Positions 22,600 through 35,058 of a DNA stretch of 64,000 bases are shown here, piece by piece. How positions within the stretch are numbered: the stretch's first letter is position 1; each line of letters starts with the position of its first letter. The translations under genes were made by a program, and so were the position numbers. The DNA comes from Takakia lepidozioides. Taxonomy: Eukaryota > Plantae > Bryophyta. The notes under the pieces were generated by a model that worked only from the letters and a program-made list of their open reading frames with translations, was not told the origin of the DNA and did no database searches. The stretch spans positions 32,426,001 through 32,490,000 of the forward strand of contig CM060732.1 in assembly GCA_030704615.1 (NCBI GenBank), written 5' to 3'.

Positions 22600-23520
22600 A
22601 TGTGCTTCCTATTCCGCTAGAAGACAACTCGTTGCCGCCACCCTTCACTGTGTACATGCTTGTGTCCACATGGGCGGACATGCCACACCCTACCTACACG
22701 CAGCCTATTGCCGACATTTGGCATCATGCCCCATTTGACTTGCCACGTGGCTAGGCCAATGGTGGTGGAGGGCCCTAAATTGCAGGATTCTGGGTACATA
22801 CCCCTCTTCACTTCAAAGAATCTCGATGGCGATATTTGTATCCTTTTAGGGTCCATAAATTTAGGCATGTGCATTACTTCACACGCTACAACTTTCATTC
22901 AGAAAGGGTCTTTACAACCTCTTCCTCTTATCGAGATCTCCATAAAGTCTCACGTTCCTCTCTTTGTAATTTTGCTTCCTCTTCTTTTGTGGGGTCAGCC
23001 GACCGGGCTTCCCTAGAGGGAGGCAAGGACCTCCACACTTCACTACCAAGTGTAGACAATCACCGTGTAGCCCAATGGTAATGGACCCATACCACGTTGG
23101 ATGTGGTTGTGGGTTCAAACCACGGTATGGTGTGTCATGAAGGTGTCCACCTTCCTAGCAGAAGGCAGTAGCCCTTGGGGGTGAAGTGACTCCATAAGTT
23201 ACGCTCCCTTCGAGAGGCGTCATACTTCACTACCAAGTGACATTGGAAGTTGTGCTTGTCCTTCCAACAATGCTTGGTCCGTTGTTGCAAAGCAGGCAAA
23301 ATTATCACCCCGTGTCGTTTCGTCTGAAGTGCACCCCTTCCTGCACAAATTGTGAACCTGAACAAACAAAATGTAGTCAAAAACATTGTTTGATGTGGGC
23401 TTGGGGCCATTGACCTCGTGCCCAGCTTGAAAAGTTCGGAATATAGTGGGACATAACCTACCTTTGCCAAAGGGCTGATTCTGGTAGTAAGACCTGGCTT
23501 GGAATAAACAATTCATCAGG
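22600..23520 (-). pseudogene. highly degenerate transposon-like ORF (possibly MULE/SWIM-associated)
   Basis: Coding-like fragments in several frames with scattered Cys/His; no intact motif. Confidence 0.25.
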
Positions 23521-26500
23521 ACATTCCAGATATCCTCTACGAATCCCGCAACACAGCCATGTTGATAGAAACACAGATTGAAGCGAGGTAATATTTACCT
23601 TCGAGGAGGTTTGACTGGGCATTGCTTCGTGTCGCTTGCCTGATGCTGCTCAGCTCTGAGTGTTCCAATGATTCTACATTGTGGATGATATTTGATGCGA
23701 CCCAATTGGAGTCACTTCGTCCACTAGGGGTAAATAATATTGTAACGCCAATATTATTTCCAGAAAAACCCAATTTTCTGTTTTCATGATCAATTCCCAG
23801 CGACAAAAAAACTTGAAATTCAATATCTCCTACACTGTAGTCCCAAAAATAATGAAACCACCTCGATGCACCCCTACTCACTTTCCAGCTGTATTAAGAC
23901 CCCCGGGCGGAGGCCTTGCGGTTTGGGGGTCTCAACGACAAAACAATATAAAACAAGCGGCTCGTCGCATAATGGCTCCACCTTATATGAGTACCTATTT
24001 AGAGTATTATGCTAGTATTATGATGATAATATATGTTGGTAGCAAGGAATCTATTAGGTAATTTAAAAGCAATAAATATAGGTTTATGGTCCGTCCAATA
24101 TGCTTATGTAATGCTAGATATGAAGTGTTGGTGAGATGCATTTGTCCAAACACGGTCTAGTTGAGATCCATAAATAGTAGTACTAATTGTGAATTGGAGT
24201 TGCATGTGAAAACAAAACATAATTTTTTGCAATTGATTTGTTGTTGCGATATTATTCTGTAAAAGATCTACATTAAGATCCCATATTATTATTGTTGGAT
24301 ATGTGTGTGGGATATTATCAATGAGCTTTTCGACATAAGATAAGAAAATAGTTAATTGTAGTGTTGGAGGTTTATAGTGCCTTATTACTGGAGTGTCTTA
24401 TAAGCAAGGTCATGATTAATGCAAGGATGGCAGGGTCCATAAGATGCACATTACGCTCATCTCTCATATAAGAAGATCAACAAATTCCGAGGGTGCGAGC
24501 TTGAAATCAAAGCACCAAAAGTATCTGTATTCGTGGGACAGTCCTCATCACAGGTTCCAATGTGAAGTTGGAAAACAAAAACTGAAGTAACACCGGACAT
24601 AGTTCCAAATACTAGAGGTTCAGAGAGGGCTTCTTGTAGAGCTGAACTTTTAAGTAGTTACATCATATCAAAGAAAGCACAAGCTACTAGGAAAGAAGTG
24701 CAAGAGCTTCAGGAGTTGCGAGAATAATTTTTAATCTAGCACACTGGCTGAACTCTCTGGCTTGCAATGACAAATGCAGTGACTAGATTATCCTATGAGA
24801 CATCGTAGCAAGTGGATGCAAGTACCTTCTGAAGTTCTGACCATTGAGGAGGTCAACAGACACTTGTCCAGTTTTCCTTTTGAAGTCATCGTCATTGATC
24901 TATATGCATTTCCGACCGTCCATATTACCACCAAGCACCAGTCAATCCCAACCTATTGACTCACTATTGATTTGATGACTCAGTACTAGTAGTCGTTGCC
25001 TACTCTCATTCGTAACTCATTCAGTCCTGCACGAACATATCCGCAAGATCCTGAACCCAATCGCATAGCCAATGAGAAAAGTTCAGTGGCTCTACCATCT
25101 TTGTCAAGAAGCCCCCAAGCATTCCATCAAGTGTTGCCATGCGTGGATGACATAATACGGTGAATTCATTGGTAGCAAGGCTCTCTTCAAATACCCTCGA
25201 AGATGCCAAACTTACAAAACAAGATATTTATCTCATTTATATCGACTTCACTGCAAATTGATTTTCTGAGGTATGGATCAGGTCCCAAAGACCTTGTTTA
25301 CTGTAGTGATCAAAACAGTGGTCCACATATCACAAGAGGACGATGGTACCTTTTTAGGTACGGGCTTCACTGCAGATTTCCAACGTTGTGGTCTTCAAGC
25401 ACATGCAACTGCTTCATAGCATCGTCTTAAGCTTGCTCCAACGCTTCCTCTAGTACATATGCAAGTCCATCGGGCTCAACAACCACCGCCACTACCTCTT
25501 CATGGTACAATGAGTGCATGGTTGCTGCAGGCAAGTCCATCGTAGAAGTAGCTAGAGAATTAACATATCTTCCTTAACCTGAATCGTTGTATGCAAACCT
25601 GCTGTGGCATTGACATTATTGAGCAACTTGAAATTAGAAGGGCATGTATCATGATGTTTATCAACAGCTTGAAATATACATATTTGTCGATTGTTTGTTT
25701 GAATAACATTTATTTGTTCGTATAATATAAATTGGAAATGTAGAATTGTTAGGTGGTGGACGACAACACTGATTGTTAATAATATGTATATCATCTTGCA
25801 TTTGTGTGGCTGTTCTTAATCGATTCAATATAGCTATGAATGTTGAAAATGGGGGTCTAGAAGGTGACAATCGCTCTATATTATGTGTAGCAAATTATTT
25901 GCAAAGATGAATATTAGTTTGGTCAAATACAACAAAAACAATTATGTTATCAGCAGGTGATATCATATCATTCGATGTGTCCATTATAATGAGCACCGAG
26001 ATCTTGAATTTTTTTTGTCAAGAACAATTATTATTATTTCATCCGTTTCAAAACACTGAAAAATCACAAAAACATAACCATGCAACTCGGCATGATGCAT
26101 ATCTTGCTCACAAATCAACTGTATTACTTATTCGGAAGAAATTTGTATTTAGACAGATTTAGAATCAAACGCTCATGAATTAGCAAAACATAGTAACAAC
26201 ATGGATGGACTCATTTGCAGATGTTGACGATAGTGGTCAAATTCATCAATTCACAAACTTTGCACAAATTGAACCATATGATATGAATACCAAATTCCAT
26301 TGCAAACCCCAACAGGGATGATCGAGCAGAGTGGGAGAGAGATGGGTCTGGACTATGAGGGGACTTTCTGAGCTAGTAGTGATCTTGTCCATCTGCAGTT
26401 TGGTTTGGTATTGTGGAAGTTACGGTGGTGGGAGGACTGGCGATATATGAAGCCGGTTTCGCTGCCGTACCCGGTGTCGTTCTCGTCTTCCTCACGCAAC

Positions 26501-29500
26501 CCTTGCTGGTATGTTCTCAACGAGTGAATGTACTTAAGGGCCAGCGAATTCATGATCTTCTCTAACTAAGACCACCGCGCAGTTTTATTATTTGGTTTTG
26601 AAGTTTTCTGAGTCTTTAGGCCTCTCGTTTATCCGTTTGTCCTACATATTCTCCTTCTCAGGTAACCTGATCTGTCTGCCGAGGTTTAGAGATAGCTATG
26701 TTTTCTTAGTTTCTTTCTTTATTCTGCTGTCCCAGAAACTGGAGCCTCCCATGGAAGGAATGATTTCGTTGGAGGTAATGAATTTCTCTCTCTCTCTTTC
26801 TCACGTCTGCTGGTTGATCAGCTTTGGGTGGCTCGAGTGGTGGGTCGGCTTTGACGCAACGCCATCCGATACACAGATGCCCGGGTACGTTTGGTAGGAG
26901 AGGTTTTGGCGGGGTTCCGGGTGGTAAAATACAATGGATGGATTGCCGCTTTCCTGAAGCGAATTGGAGACTTGAGGAGCTCTGAGATGAAATGGATCAG
27001 AAACGCTGCATTTCTACGGGGATCAACATCTTCTCTCAAGGTAATTTCGTACTCAAAAAGAGTCGCGACACCCTCAATTGTGCATCATCCCCATACGCAA
27101 ATGAGCACATCTTAAGAAGCTCCAGTAAAATTGAGATCATGTTTCGTGGCAGATAGATCATTGGTTGACTGTAGCAGCATTGTACTCACTGAATAAACAC
27201 CACAAGACAGTGAAAGATCAGGGTCTTTTTATAGAACACAAGTTTCCCAGGATCTGTGACATACATAAAATTTCAGTGTGGCACTCATTTCAGTATCTTG
27301 CACTTCCAAAGGCTGACTACCCATGCACCAAGTTGGTATGTCAGGGTTTCCCTGATCACCTCTTTGGAGCTGGATTGTCTGCAACACAGCGTCCAACATA
27401 GCTGCTATATGTGGAAGGCAACTCAGACCACCCGATGAAGTGATCTAACTACACCGGTCTTGGACCCCGCACTGAAGAGTTGAAAGTGTACTGTGTGCTC
27501 GATTTGTCTATATATCTTAGCCCACAGTAAACTCTGGTCTGTGACGGATATACAGCTCCAAACTGTATAATGTGGATCTTTACAAGAGGCTTTAAGCGGG
27601 TGTGTGCAGGCTCTCTAACACTTCCCTTTTGTGCGAATGGGGATGCCCTCACTTCTTCAACGCAGGATGCAGTGGCCCCCTGGGCATCGTCACGTTTGCT
27701 ACATACGCAGCCATGGTGGAGCGGCACTAAGACCCGACCTCGCTTTCATTCTTTTGGCTCTTTTCGGCATTCTTGTGCGCGTGTTCGCAGTTGGTCCAAT
27801 AGGTACTGTTCTTCAGTGCAAACACCTGATGCAGAGAGTCTTATGGATTTTTACTCCTCATTTGGTTTTTCTCTACTTTCTCTCATTATGGTGGTAATGA
27901 ACTGAATACAATCACCGTGAGTATGCACAACCCGCTTGTAAGGTAGACTTGTGCCCTACCCAATGGACCATTTGTTGACTGCGTGTATGTAAAGTGGAAG
28001 AGGTGTCCATAGAAACTTGGAAAGAGCAATTGACTATGGCACACAGCATTTGACTGGTGGCTTTATGGACCTCAATAGGGGTTCGATGAATAGTAAAGAG
28101 GAAATACTAGAGTATGTGTTGTGTATATTGGTTGGTTCCAATCTAGCAAAGGTGACACTTGGGGATTCAATAGGTGTACAGTATGCAGCAGAAGCTCTAG
28201 TGGCCATCCAACGCTTACAAAGGCTTCTTGACCTCCCCAATGGGAATGGATTCAGCAGCCCCAAACAGGCAGACAAGGTATTTATTTTGATAATTGAACT
28301 ACTTTTCAATGATTCAATTTGGGGTTGATTATGTTTCTCAGATAGTTGCTTATTGACTCCACTCTGCAAGTGTGCATACAAATGCAAAAGGGCAGATTTC
28401 GCAGAGGCTAACCTTCCAAGAGCTGGTCATGGAGTGTCAACCCACTTGTATGAGGCTTGCCTTGGAATTTATATTAAATGGACTCTCCCCAACGGCAGAT
28501 GCCCTGAAAACAGTGTACGGCACCACGCACTGTACCGCACACTGTTTTCAGGGCATCTGCGTGGGAACGGAAAAACCGTGAGGGAGGGGTTAAGCAGATC
28601 GAGAGGTAAACGTATCAAAAAGGGTTGGCAATTTGAAAAGCAAAAATCATGGAACTTCTAAGAGTGCAAGACCGTTGGACTCATGGTTGTGACTTGAGGT
28701 TACGTTTACCTTCATAACGAAGGTCAGGTATAATGGGCTGACCGGAAAGCAACTGGTATGATCGAGGCTTCAATCGACTGCCCTCTGAGGTGCTTGCGAT
28801 GTTGTGATCTACTGGATCTAGTGCGTGCAATCGAACAACCAATACGTCTTAACATGATTTATCTCATGTTTCCCTCGTCTGTTCACGGGCCGAAGGTTCC
28901 TTAATCTTCATAATGTTCATGTAAACTGTTTCTAGTAACTGTTACATGCATGGGTTGATCTTAGCACACCTAGAACTACTACCCATTTCAAATAGAACCA
29001 AAATCGGATTTCACTGTGTGGATCTTCCTTTCCAATCTGCTCAACATGAATGCAGTTCTAAACTGTAAGCTGAATGTTTAATACATGTGTAGAACGAGTA
29101 GTTTATAGATCATAATCCGTTGGAGACCAAATAAATATCACTGACCAGTAGATCTTTCAGCGAGCCTTGGAAAAGGAACTAGGAATCGAAAATTATAGCT
29201 GAGACAGGACGTCCGGAAAGGTGTATCTAGAGCAACCATCAACCGTGAGGCGAAGATACTAACCTGCAAACCCAGGTCTACACTTAACCCTTTATTCTGT
29301 TTAGTAACTGGTGTACTTAAATACGTTGAATCCGGCAACTGCATTGCTTCCTCATTAAATGGAAATAAGTTGACGAGCAGCTAGTACACAGAAACAAAAG
29401 TATACCATGACCGTGAGCGTAAGTTGTGAGACTGTTCCCCTCCGTTTCCTGTGATATGACCAGAGCTTGACCCATGGATGAGCTTGCTTCTCTCTTACGT

Positions 29501-29951
29501 CTCGTTGCGTCTGCTGTCTCAACTCCATCATGTACAGTTTACTTCAGCTTGCGTGTGTAGGGAGCACCAGAGGGAACAGGATACTCTGCACAGGCAGAAA
29601 CCACCCATGGATTGTCTCGAAATGTCATATTGGGCGTCAGGAAATGAATTTGCAGAACATTTCAAGGAGCTACTTAAACATCATAGTCGTTGCACAAATC
29701 GAGCCCAATCAAGAAGGTTAACTTTGTATTATATCACGCGATCAGATCAATGAGCTGAGAGACATTCGTGAGCTCCAAAAGTCTAAAACAACATTCTTCA
29801 AAAGTTACATCAAGATCACATAAAATCTAGGACAACGCAACTCGGGACGATCCATAGTGGTGCCCGGTGTAAAACTCGATTGCGACGTGCCCAACCATCA
29901 AAGCATTTCATTCGGTATTTCATGTATCAAAGAGATAGACTTTATCACGTA

Positions 29952-30381
29952 TCACTGCAGTTTTGCTAGCTTCAACCCTGAACAAATTGCAAATTGTACA
30001 TAACGCCGTGCACGCAGCAATGATATCTTGAAGGGAATCAATACGGGACAAGATGTGTTATCGAGCCGACTCACTTCCACAGGTAGATCCCGTGGGGACG
30101 GGGCGCTGACAGTTCTTGGCAAGGTTAAGGGCAGCCTGAACATTGATCCCTGCATAGTTGCCGGACCCAAATGTTGAACACAAGCAAGCAGAATCAGCCT
30201 TTCGCACAATGCCACAGCAAGCATCATCGGGCAGGGGAGGTGAGGACCCCTCAACGGCTGGCAAACACGGCATGAATGTCTCCAAGGTCTGTTCGCAAGC
30301 GTACACTGAGCTGGGCTCAGCCATGGCCACAACCAAGAGGATGGCTAGCCCCAACGCAGTCATGGGCTTGCCTGCCTCCAT
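29952..30381 (-). CDS. non-specific lipid transfer protein, type D-like; 2 exons (30381-30075, 29977-29952), 110 aa
   Basis: Signal peptide. 8-Cys motif C-X9-C-X15-CC-X9-CXC-X22-C-X9-C. GT-AG intron 4 nt after the last Cys codon (the type D/G position), giving a short non-GPI tail RLKLAKLQ*. No lesions. Confidence 0.92.
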
Positions 30382-30476
30382 CTCTGCACAAAATAGTTAA
30401 GAAACAAAAAACTAACGAAAGAAGCAGCTGGAAAGATCGAATGAAGACCCACCAAGACTAGAAAGAAAGACGCACA

Positions 30477-30484
30477 CTATATAC
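30477..30484 (-). promoter_or_regulatory. candidate TATA box of the nsLTP gene
   Basis: TATATA about 100 bp upstream of ATG, followed by a CT-rich leader. Confidence 0.45.
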
Positions 30485-33400
30485 ACACCAAGAAACCACA
30501 CTCCCGAGCCTCGCATCTGGCTCGGATCCGGTCTCCCCAGGTTTGTCTCTTCCGATTCCCAGTAGCACCAAGCCATAGGAGGTCCCCGTACTGACCGCCA
30601 GTTGGTGGTTGACACTTGACACCGCCCTCTGGCACTCATCACCCTGGACCTAACACTTAACGATGGTCACCAAAACAAGCAGCGGGTGAGCCGATTATCT
30701 CCGTGTGCTAGGGTATGTGGCTCTCTTCCATATCTCCGGTACAATCTCTCTCGTACAATTTGTTGTACCTACTAGCTCACCAGCTATGGTGTCCAGAGTG
30801 AAGAGATGACTGCCTGCTTTCCAATGGCAGTTGCAACCGCCATGGATATGGCGGCGTATACAGCTAGGTGTTGTGGCAATATGTTTCTGTCCGGGCTTTT
30901 TTACACAGTTTCATCCCTATCAGCTTGTGAGTGAAAATTCACTAGTAGGTGTGGAATGAAATTCCTCAGAAGGTAGTCCGAGAAAAATATCAACTCTCTA
31001 TCAGCTTATATGGGTAAATCTATTGGTAGTTGTCGGAAGACAACCATCAAGCCATGTATAGACATTCTGTCCTCTCGGCTTCAAATGTATAACATTTCAT
31101 GCTGGCGGGGACAAGGCGAAGTGGCTCTTAGTTACGTCCGGCTTTGGCTGGAGTCTTCTCTCTCGTGGTGGTGGGTAGAGTTGCTAACGGAGAGGAACCT
31201 ACGAACCTAAAATGGACATTGACCTAAAATGGACACCTATTTTTGTATGAAAAAGTGGCGACAATTGACCTTAAATTGAGCAATAAATGAGTAAGTGGGC
31301 TAGGAGGTTGACAAGGGTGATGATAGATTAGTACCTGCCTATGCTCTCCCATGATAATTAAATCCCAAAAGAGGGTGCCGGTAAATTTAAAATCAAAGCC
31401 CACCAAACGCCGGATGTCAGGAATTCGACCCCAAGACTTGTTCTGCCACAATCTCGACTTGTTCTGCCTATGCTTGTGTGAAGGGCTTTATACAGGAAAT
31501 CTGGAACGCCCAAACTAATTGTTTATAACAAGGTTTAGAAGTCCCACTACTGGAGTGAGCCCTCACAAAGGTAGTGTATGTTCCCTCTTGTTCCGCCCAA
31601 GCTAGGTGCAGGATCTATGGCCACAAGGCTACAACAAACAATGTCTTATGAGTACATTTTCCTCAAGAAAGACTTGAAACATGTGATCGGGGACGTCAGT
31701 GATTATACTGTAGGGATCAGAAATGCTGCCAGCAAGAGAGACAAGGCTGGAAGGATTTTCCAGAATAGATTGTCGAACCCACATTCTGAACTTTACAGAT
31801 GGATGATTGCCAGGGTGTTTCATCAGTACGGGCTTATGGGCTAGAAGAGAGGATGCATGGCCGATTCATCGAATTGATCGATGCCAACCACCGGGCCTTA
31901 TAAAGTTCGTGCATGCCAGTCGCTGGCTTGGTGTCCGCCTTGACTTTGCTGCGGCTACTTGTGTTGTGTTGGTAGCACTGCTTGTGGTCCTCCTTCGGCA
32001 CACCATATCCCCTGGTCTAGCAGGTATCACTCCCTCTCTCTGGCATACAGGACCTACAGCATTCAATCCTTCCTTTTCTGCAGTTTCTCTCTTGGTTCTT
32101 TAGGTGGGATTCGTATGTACCCTTGTGGCCATAGACTCTGGGGGGTGGTCCTGGTTCAAAGTCTACAGTTGACAGGGAGTTTTCAAACTATGGTGCGCCT
32201 GGCGGCTGACAGTGAGACCTATTTTACAAGCGTGGAACGTATTCAGGTACTGTCCTTCAACCTCCTCCAATGAGCATGACAAAATCATCTTCTTCTTCTT
32301 TTCTTTTTAACTGCATCTAGAGTTAAATTGGAGTCCATGGTTGGGTGCCTTGCCTGTGCATAGCCAGGGTGATCCAAGCTTCAGGTCTAAACCATCCATT
32401 GGCTACATGTGAGCTGTGTGTAGAGCGTGAGACTCTAAATCACTGGACTTGAACTTCCCTCATCCAATGCCTCGGTACTAATTATCAGGCATACTACGTA
32501 CAGCGTGTCTTCAATGCACATGCTGTGCCATCATTTTTTTGCTCCGAGTTGCAAGCTGCCATGCACTTCACAGAACCTTTACTCTTCTAACTCTCTCGTA
32601 GCTACCTGTTTTGTGTGATTCGATATCGTTCATCCTCAATCTGTGTCTTGCTTTCTGCCAACCGGAAGGGATTCTGACCTGCATGTCTATGGCCACTAGG
32701 TGGATACTTTCAATCAGACCATCTTCTGGTGAATTGATAGTCCACATATGATTTTGAAGTACATCTATTGGTCTGTCCTGTATTCAGGCATACGCACATT
32801 TACCTGCTCACCATGTTATAAACTAGAAACAGGTTCAGGGAAGTCTTATGCCTGACGCTGTTTTGTTCGGACATTCTTCGTGCTTCCGACATGGCCTTAG
32901 ACATTTCAGCATCCAAGTAAGTTTCATCTAGCAGGGTCAGTTCTTCCTGCATAATATGCAGGTACTTGAAAATCTCCTCTACCCTTTTCTGCCAGGACTC
33001 ACTCTTAAACATGACGGTCTTGCTTCCAAGAAACGATCATCTTAGGGTATCTGGCATTATGCATGCGATTCAACTGACCCGACCATCTGTATTTGAGCAC
33101 CGAAAGCTGAATGAGGCTGAAAGAAAAGCTTGAGAGGGAGAAATAGAAAGAAGAGGGAGATTTATTCGTCCAGTCTCACCTCTGGGGGTCGTGGGGGATG
33201 TGGTAAACGCGACGGATAATAGTCGATGCGATTATATCTGCAAGTGTCTGTGGAAGTGGAGGTTTTTAGGTGAACCCGACCGTCTGCGAGAGAAACAAAG
33301 AAGAAACGTTGTAACGTTCCAGCCAAGGGGATGGAGAGAGAGAGAAGCCGCACTAACCCACATCCGTACATTCGACTGAGTCTCGCGAACCCACCTTGAC

Positions 33401-33883
33401 TCCACATCTTCTTTCATGGGTGCAGAGAACGTGGAGATTTCAGAGGTCCAACTGGAAGCAGACGACAGCACCGCAAGTGTTCACCATGTTTTCGCCCATA
33501 TGGTGGCCCAGACTGGCGCCTCCTTACCCAAGCAACTTCGAGAGGCAGCCGAGGCTGCCGACCTCGTCCGCAAAGAACGTATGAATAAGATGCAGGCAGT
33601 AGGTGAAGTTCAGTAGCAAGGAAAGACGCTTATCAACATTCAGGCAGTGAGAGAGAAAACCCACATGCTAAAGCTCAGTGGCAAGGAAGCTGGCTTGGCC
33701 CAGAAAGAGAGAAAACCCATCAACCCATTGAGGAAGACAGGTCAGGCTTTGCAATCAAACAACTATGACAGCTGCTTTGCTCCAGGAATTGCTTTGGTTG
33801 ACAATCTCACTACAAACACTGTAACAACTTAAGAGTCTTTGAGGCCCCCTGTCAAATCCTCCCCAACCCCTCTACCTCGGGCC

Positions 33884-34470
33884 CACTATTAAATATTTCA
33901 GACAAGAAAATTTTATGCAGGGACGAGTAGCCTGCTGGGAAGGTGATGGCGATGGTAGCTAGGGTGTCCGTGTCACCCCAGCTCGTGTGATTTGTGTCAC
34001 CCAGGTGTAATTTTAGTGTATTCTTAGTGTATCTTATAAGATCGGAGTGACATTCTCTTCTGTGTCACCCCAGTCTCACTCCTGTGATTTGTGTAACCCA
34101 GGTGTGATTTTACTTCTTAGTGTATTTTATTCTTAGTCAAGATCGGAGTGACATTCTCTTCTCTGTCACCCCAGTGTCACTCGTGTGATTTGTGTAACCC
34201 AGGTGTGATTTTACTTCTTAGTGTATTTATTCTTAGTCAGGATCGGAGTGACATTTGTCACCCCAGTGTCACTCTGCATGATGTCACTGAGTGTGTGTCA
34301 CTCTGGATAATGTCACCCCAATGCCTGTCACTCCAGATGATGTCAGCTCATTGTGTGTAACCCCGATCTGTGTCACTCTAGAGAAGGGGTGGGAGGATTT
34401 GACATGCCCAAAACTGCGTGTTGTGGGAGTGTGCATTTTCTTTTGGGGTGTTTTTTTCGGGTTAATGGTG
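33884..34470. mobile_element. 587-bp non-autonomous CACTA-like element made of TGTCACCCC repeats
   Basis: TIR CACTATTAA / TTAATGGTG (8/9 match). 3-bp TSD GCC (33881-33883, 34471-34473). Removal restores the LINE-C reading frame. Confidence 0.8.
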
Positions 34471-34959
34471 GCCTCTTCCATCCATTGGATGCCTGCACGA
34501 TCTGCCCCTCCTATTTGCCTGAGTCCATTGAACATTGTCTGGTCTCGTGTGGCTTTGCTCTGCAGGTTTGGGGCAGAATCCGCTCCAACCATGCAACCAT
34601 TCTCTTTAACATCTTTAATGGTGTGCCTTGGCGGTCTTGTCAACTGTGGCAATGCCTCAGAGCTCTTAGCCTTTGGCACATATGGAAGTCACGTTGTGCA
34701 TGGGTACACGAGGGTAGACCTCCATGCCCTTTTGCCACTCTTGCGCGTGTTCATTTTGATCTAATAGTGCAGGGTCGGAAATTGTGGGATTTGCTGGTCT
34801 TGGCAGTTCGCAGATGTTCTGAGAACAAGCGAGAGGCCCTGCTCCTTGCCTTCGACAAAGCTTGGACCCTTCGAGGCATCCTCTGCTCCAGGGATGGAGG
34901 TTACCCCTGTTGGGTCAGTCGAACGCCTGATGTCTGGAAAGCCCTGGCCCTCACCAGCA

Positions 34960-35058
34960 GAGACAGAGGAATTTGAAGATATCAACTGGCGGCACAAGAA
35001 GAACCGGGCTTCGAAAGTCAAGGCTCATCTGAATTTTGATCCCCGCAGGAAGCGGTAG
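34960..35058 (+). CDS. candidate +1-frame micro-ORF overlapping the LINE-C ORF2 stop (..ETEEFEDINWRHKKNRASKVKAHLNFDPRRKR*)
   Basis: Homologous to the LINE-A and LINE-B peptides, same +1 register, synonymous codon differences. Confidence 0.55.
   Translation, partial: ETEEFEDINWRHKKNRASKVKAHLNFDPRRKR

Larger units (their letters stand above)
26399..32810 (+). pseudogene. ABCC/MRP-type ABC transporter pseudogene (TMD1, decayed NBD1 start, TMD2 exons)
   Basis: Exons 26399-26508 (WFGIVEVTVVGGLAIYEAGFAAVPGVVLVFLTQPLL); 26822-27040 (TDARVRLVGEVLAGFRVVKYNGW, TGA at 26852); 27666-27802 (frameshifted); 28174-28277 (EALVAIQRLQRLL); decayed Walker A ~28788-28825; 31814-32023 (GVSSVRAYG..RWLGVRLD, frameshift); ~32143-32246 (ETYFTSVERIQ); ~32788 AYAHLP. 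Confidence 0.88.

Noticed and set aside
26852-26854. TGA in the ABCC exon as a U-to-C RNA-editing site
   Set aside because: Such editing is organellar, and other exons have frameshifts, so ordinary CpG decay (CGA->TGA) explains it.
30058-30381. Single-exon 107-aa LTP as given in the ORF track
   Set aside because: A canonical GTGAGT donor 4 nt after the last Cys and a downstream acceptor favour the 2-exon model.
33851-34402. GTCAAATCCTCCC inverted match (33851 vs ~34390) as TIRs; HVKSSHP as a zinc knuckle
   Set aside because: 33851 lies in LINE-C coding sequence outside the GCC-flanked element; no Cys residues; treated as coincidence.
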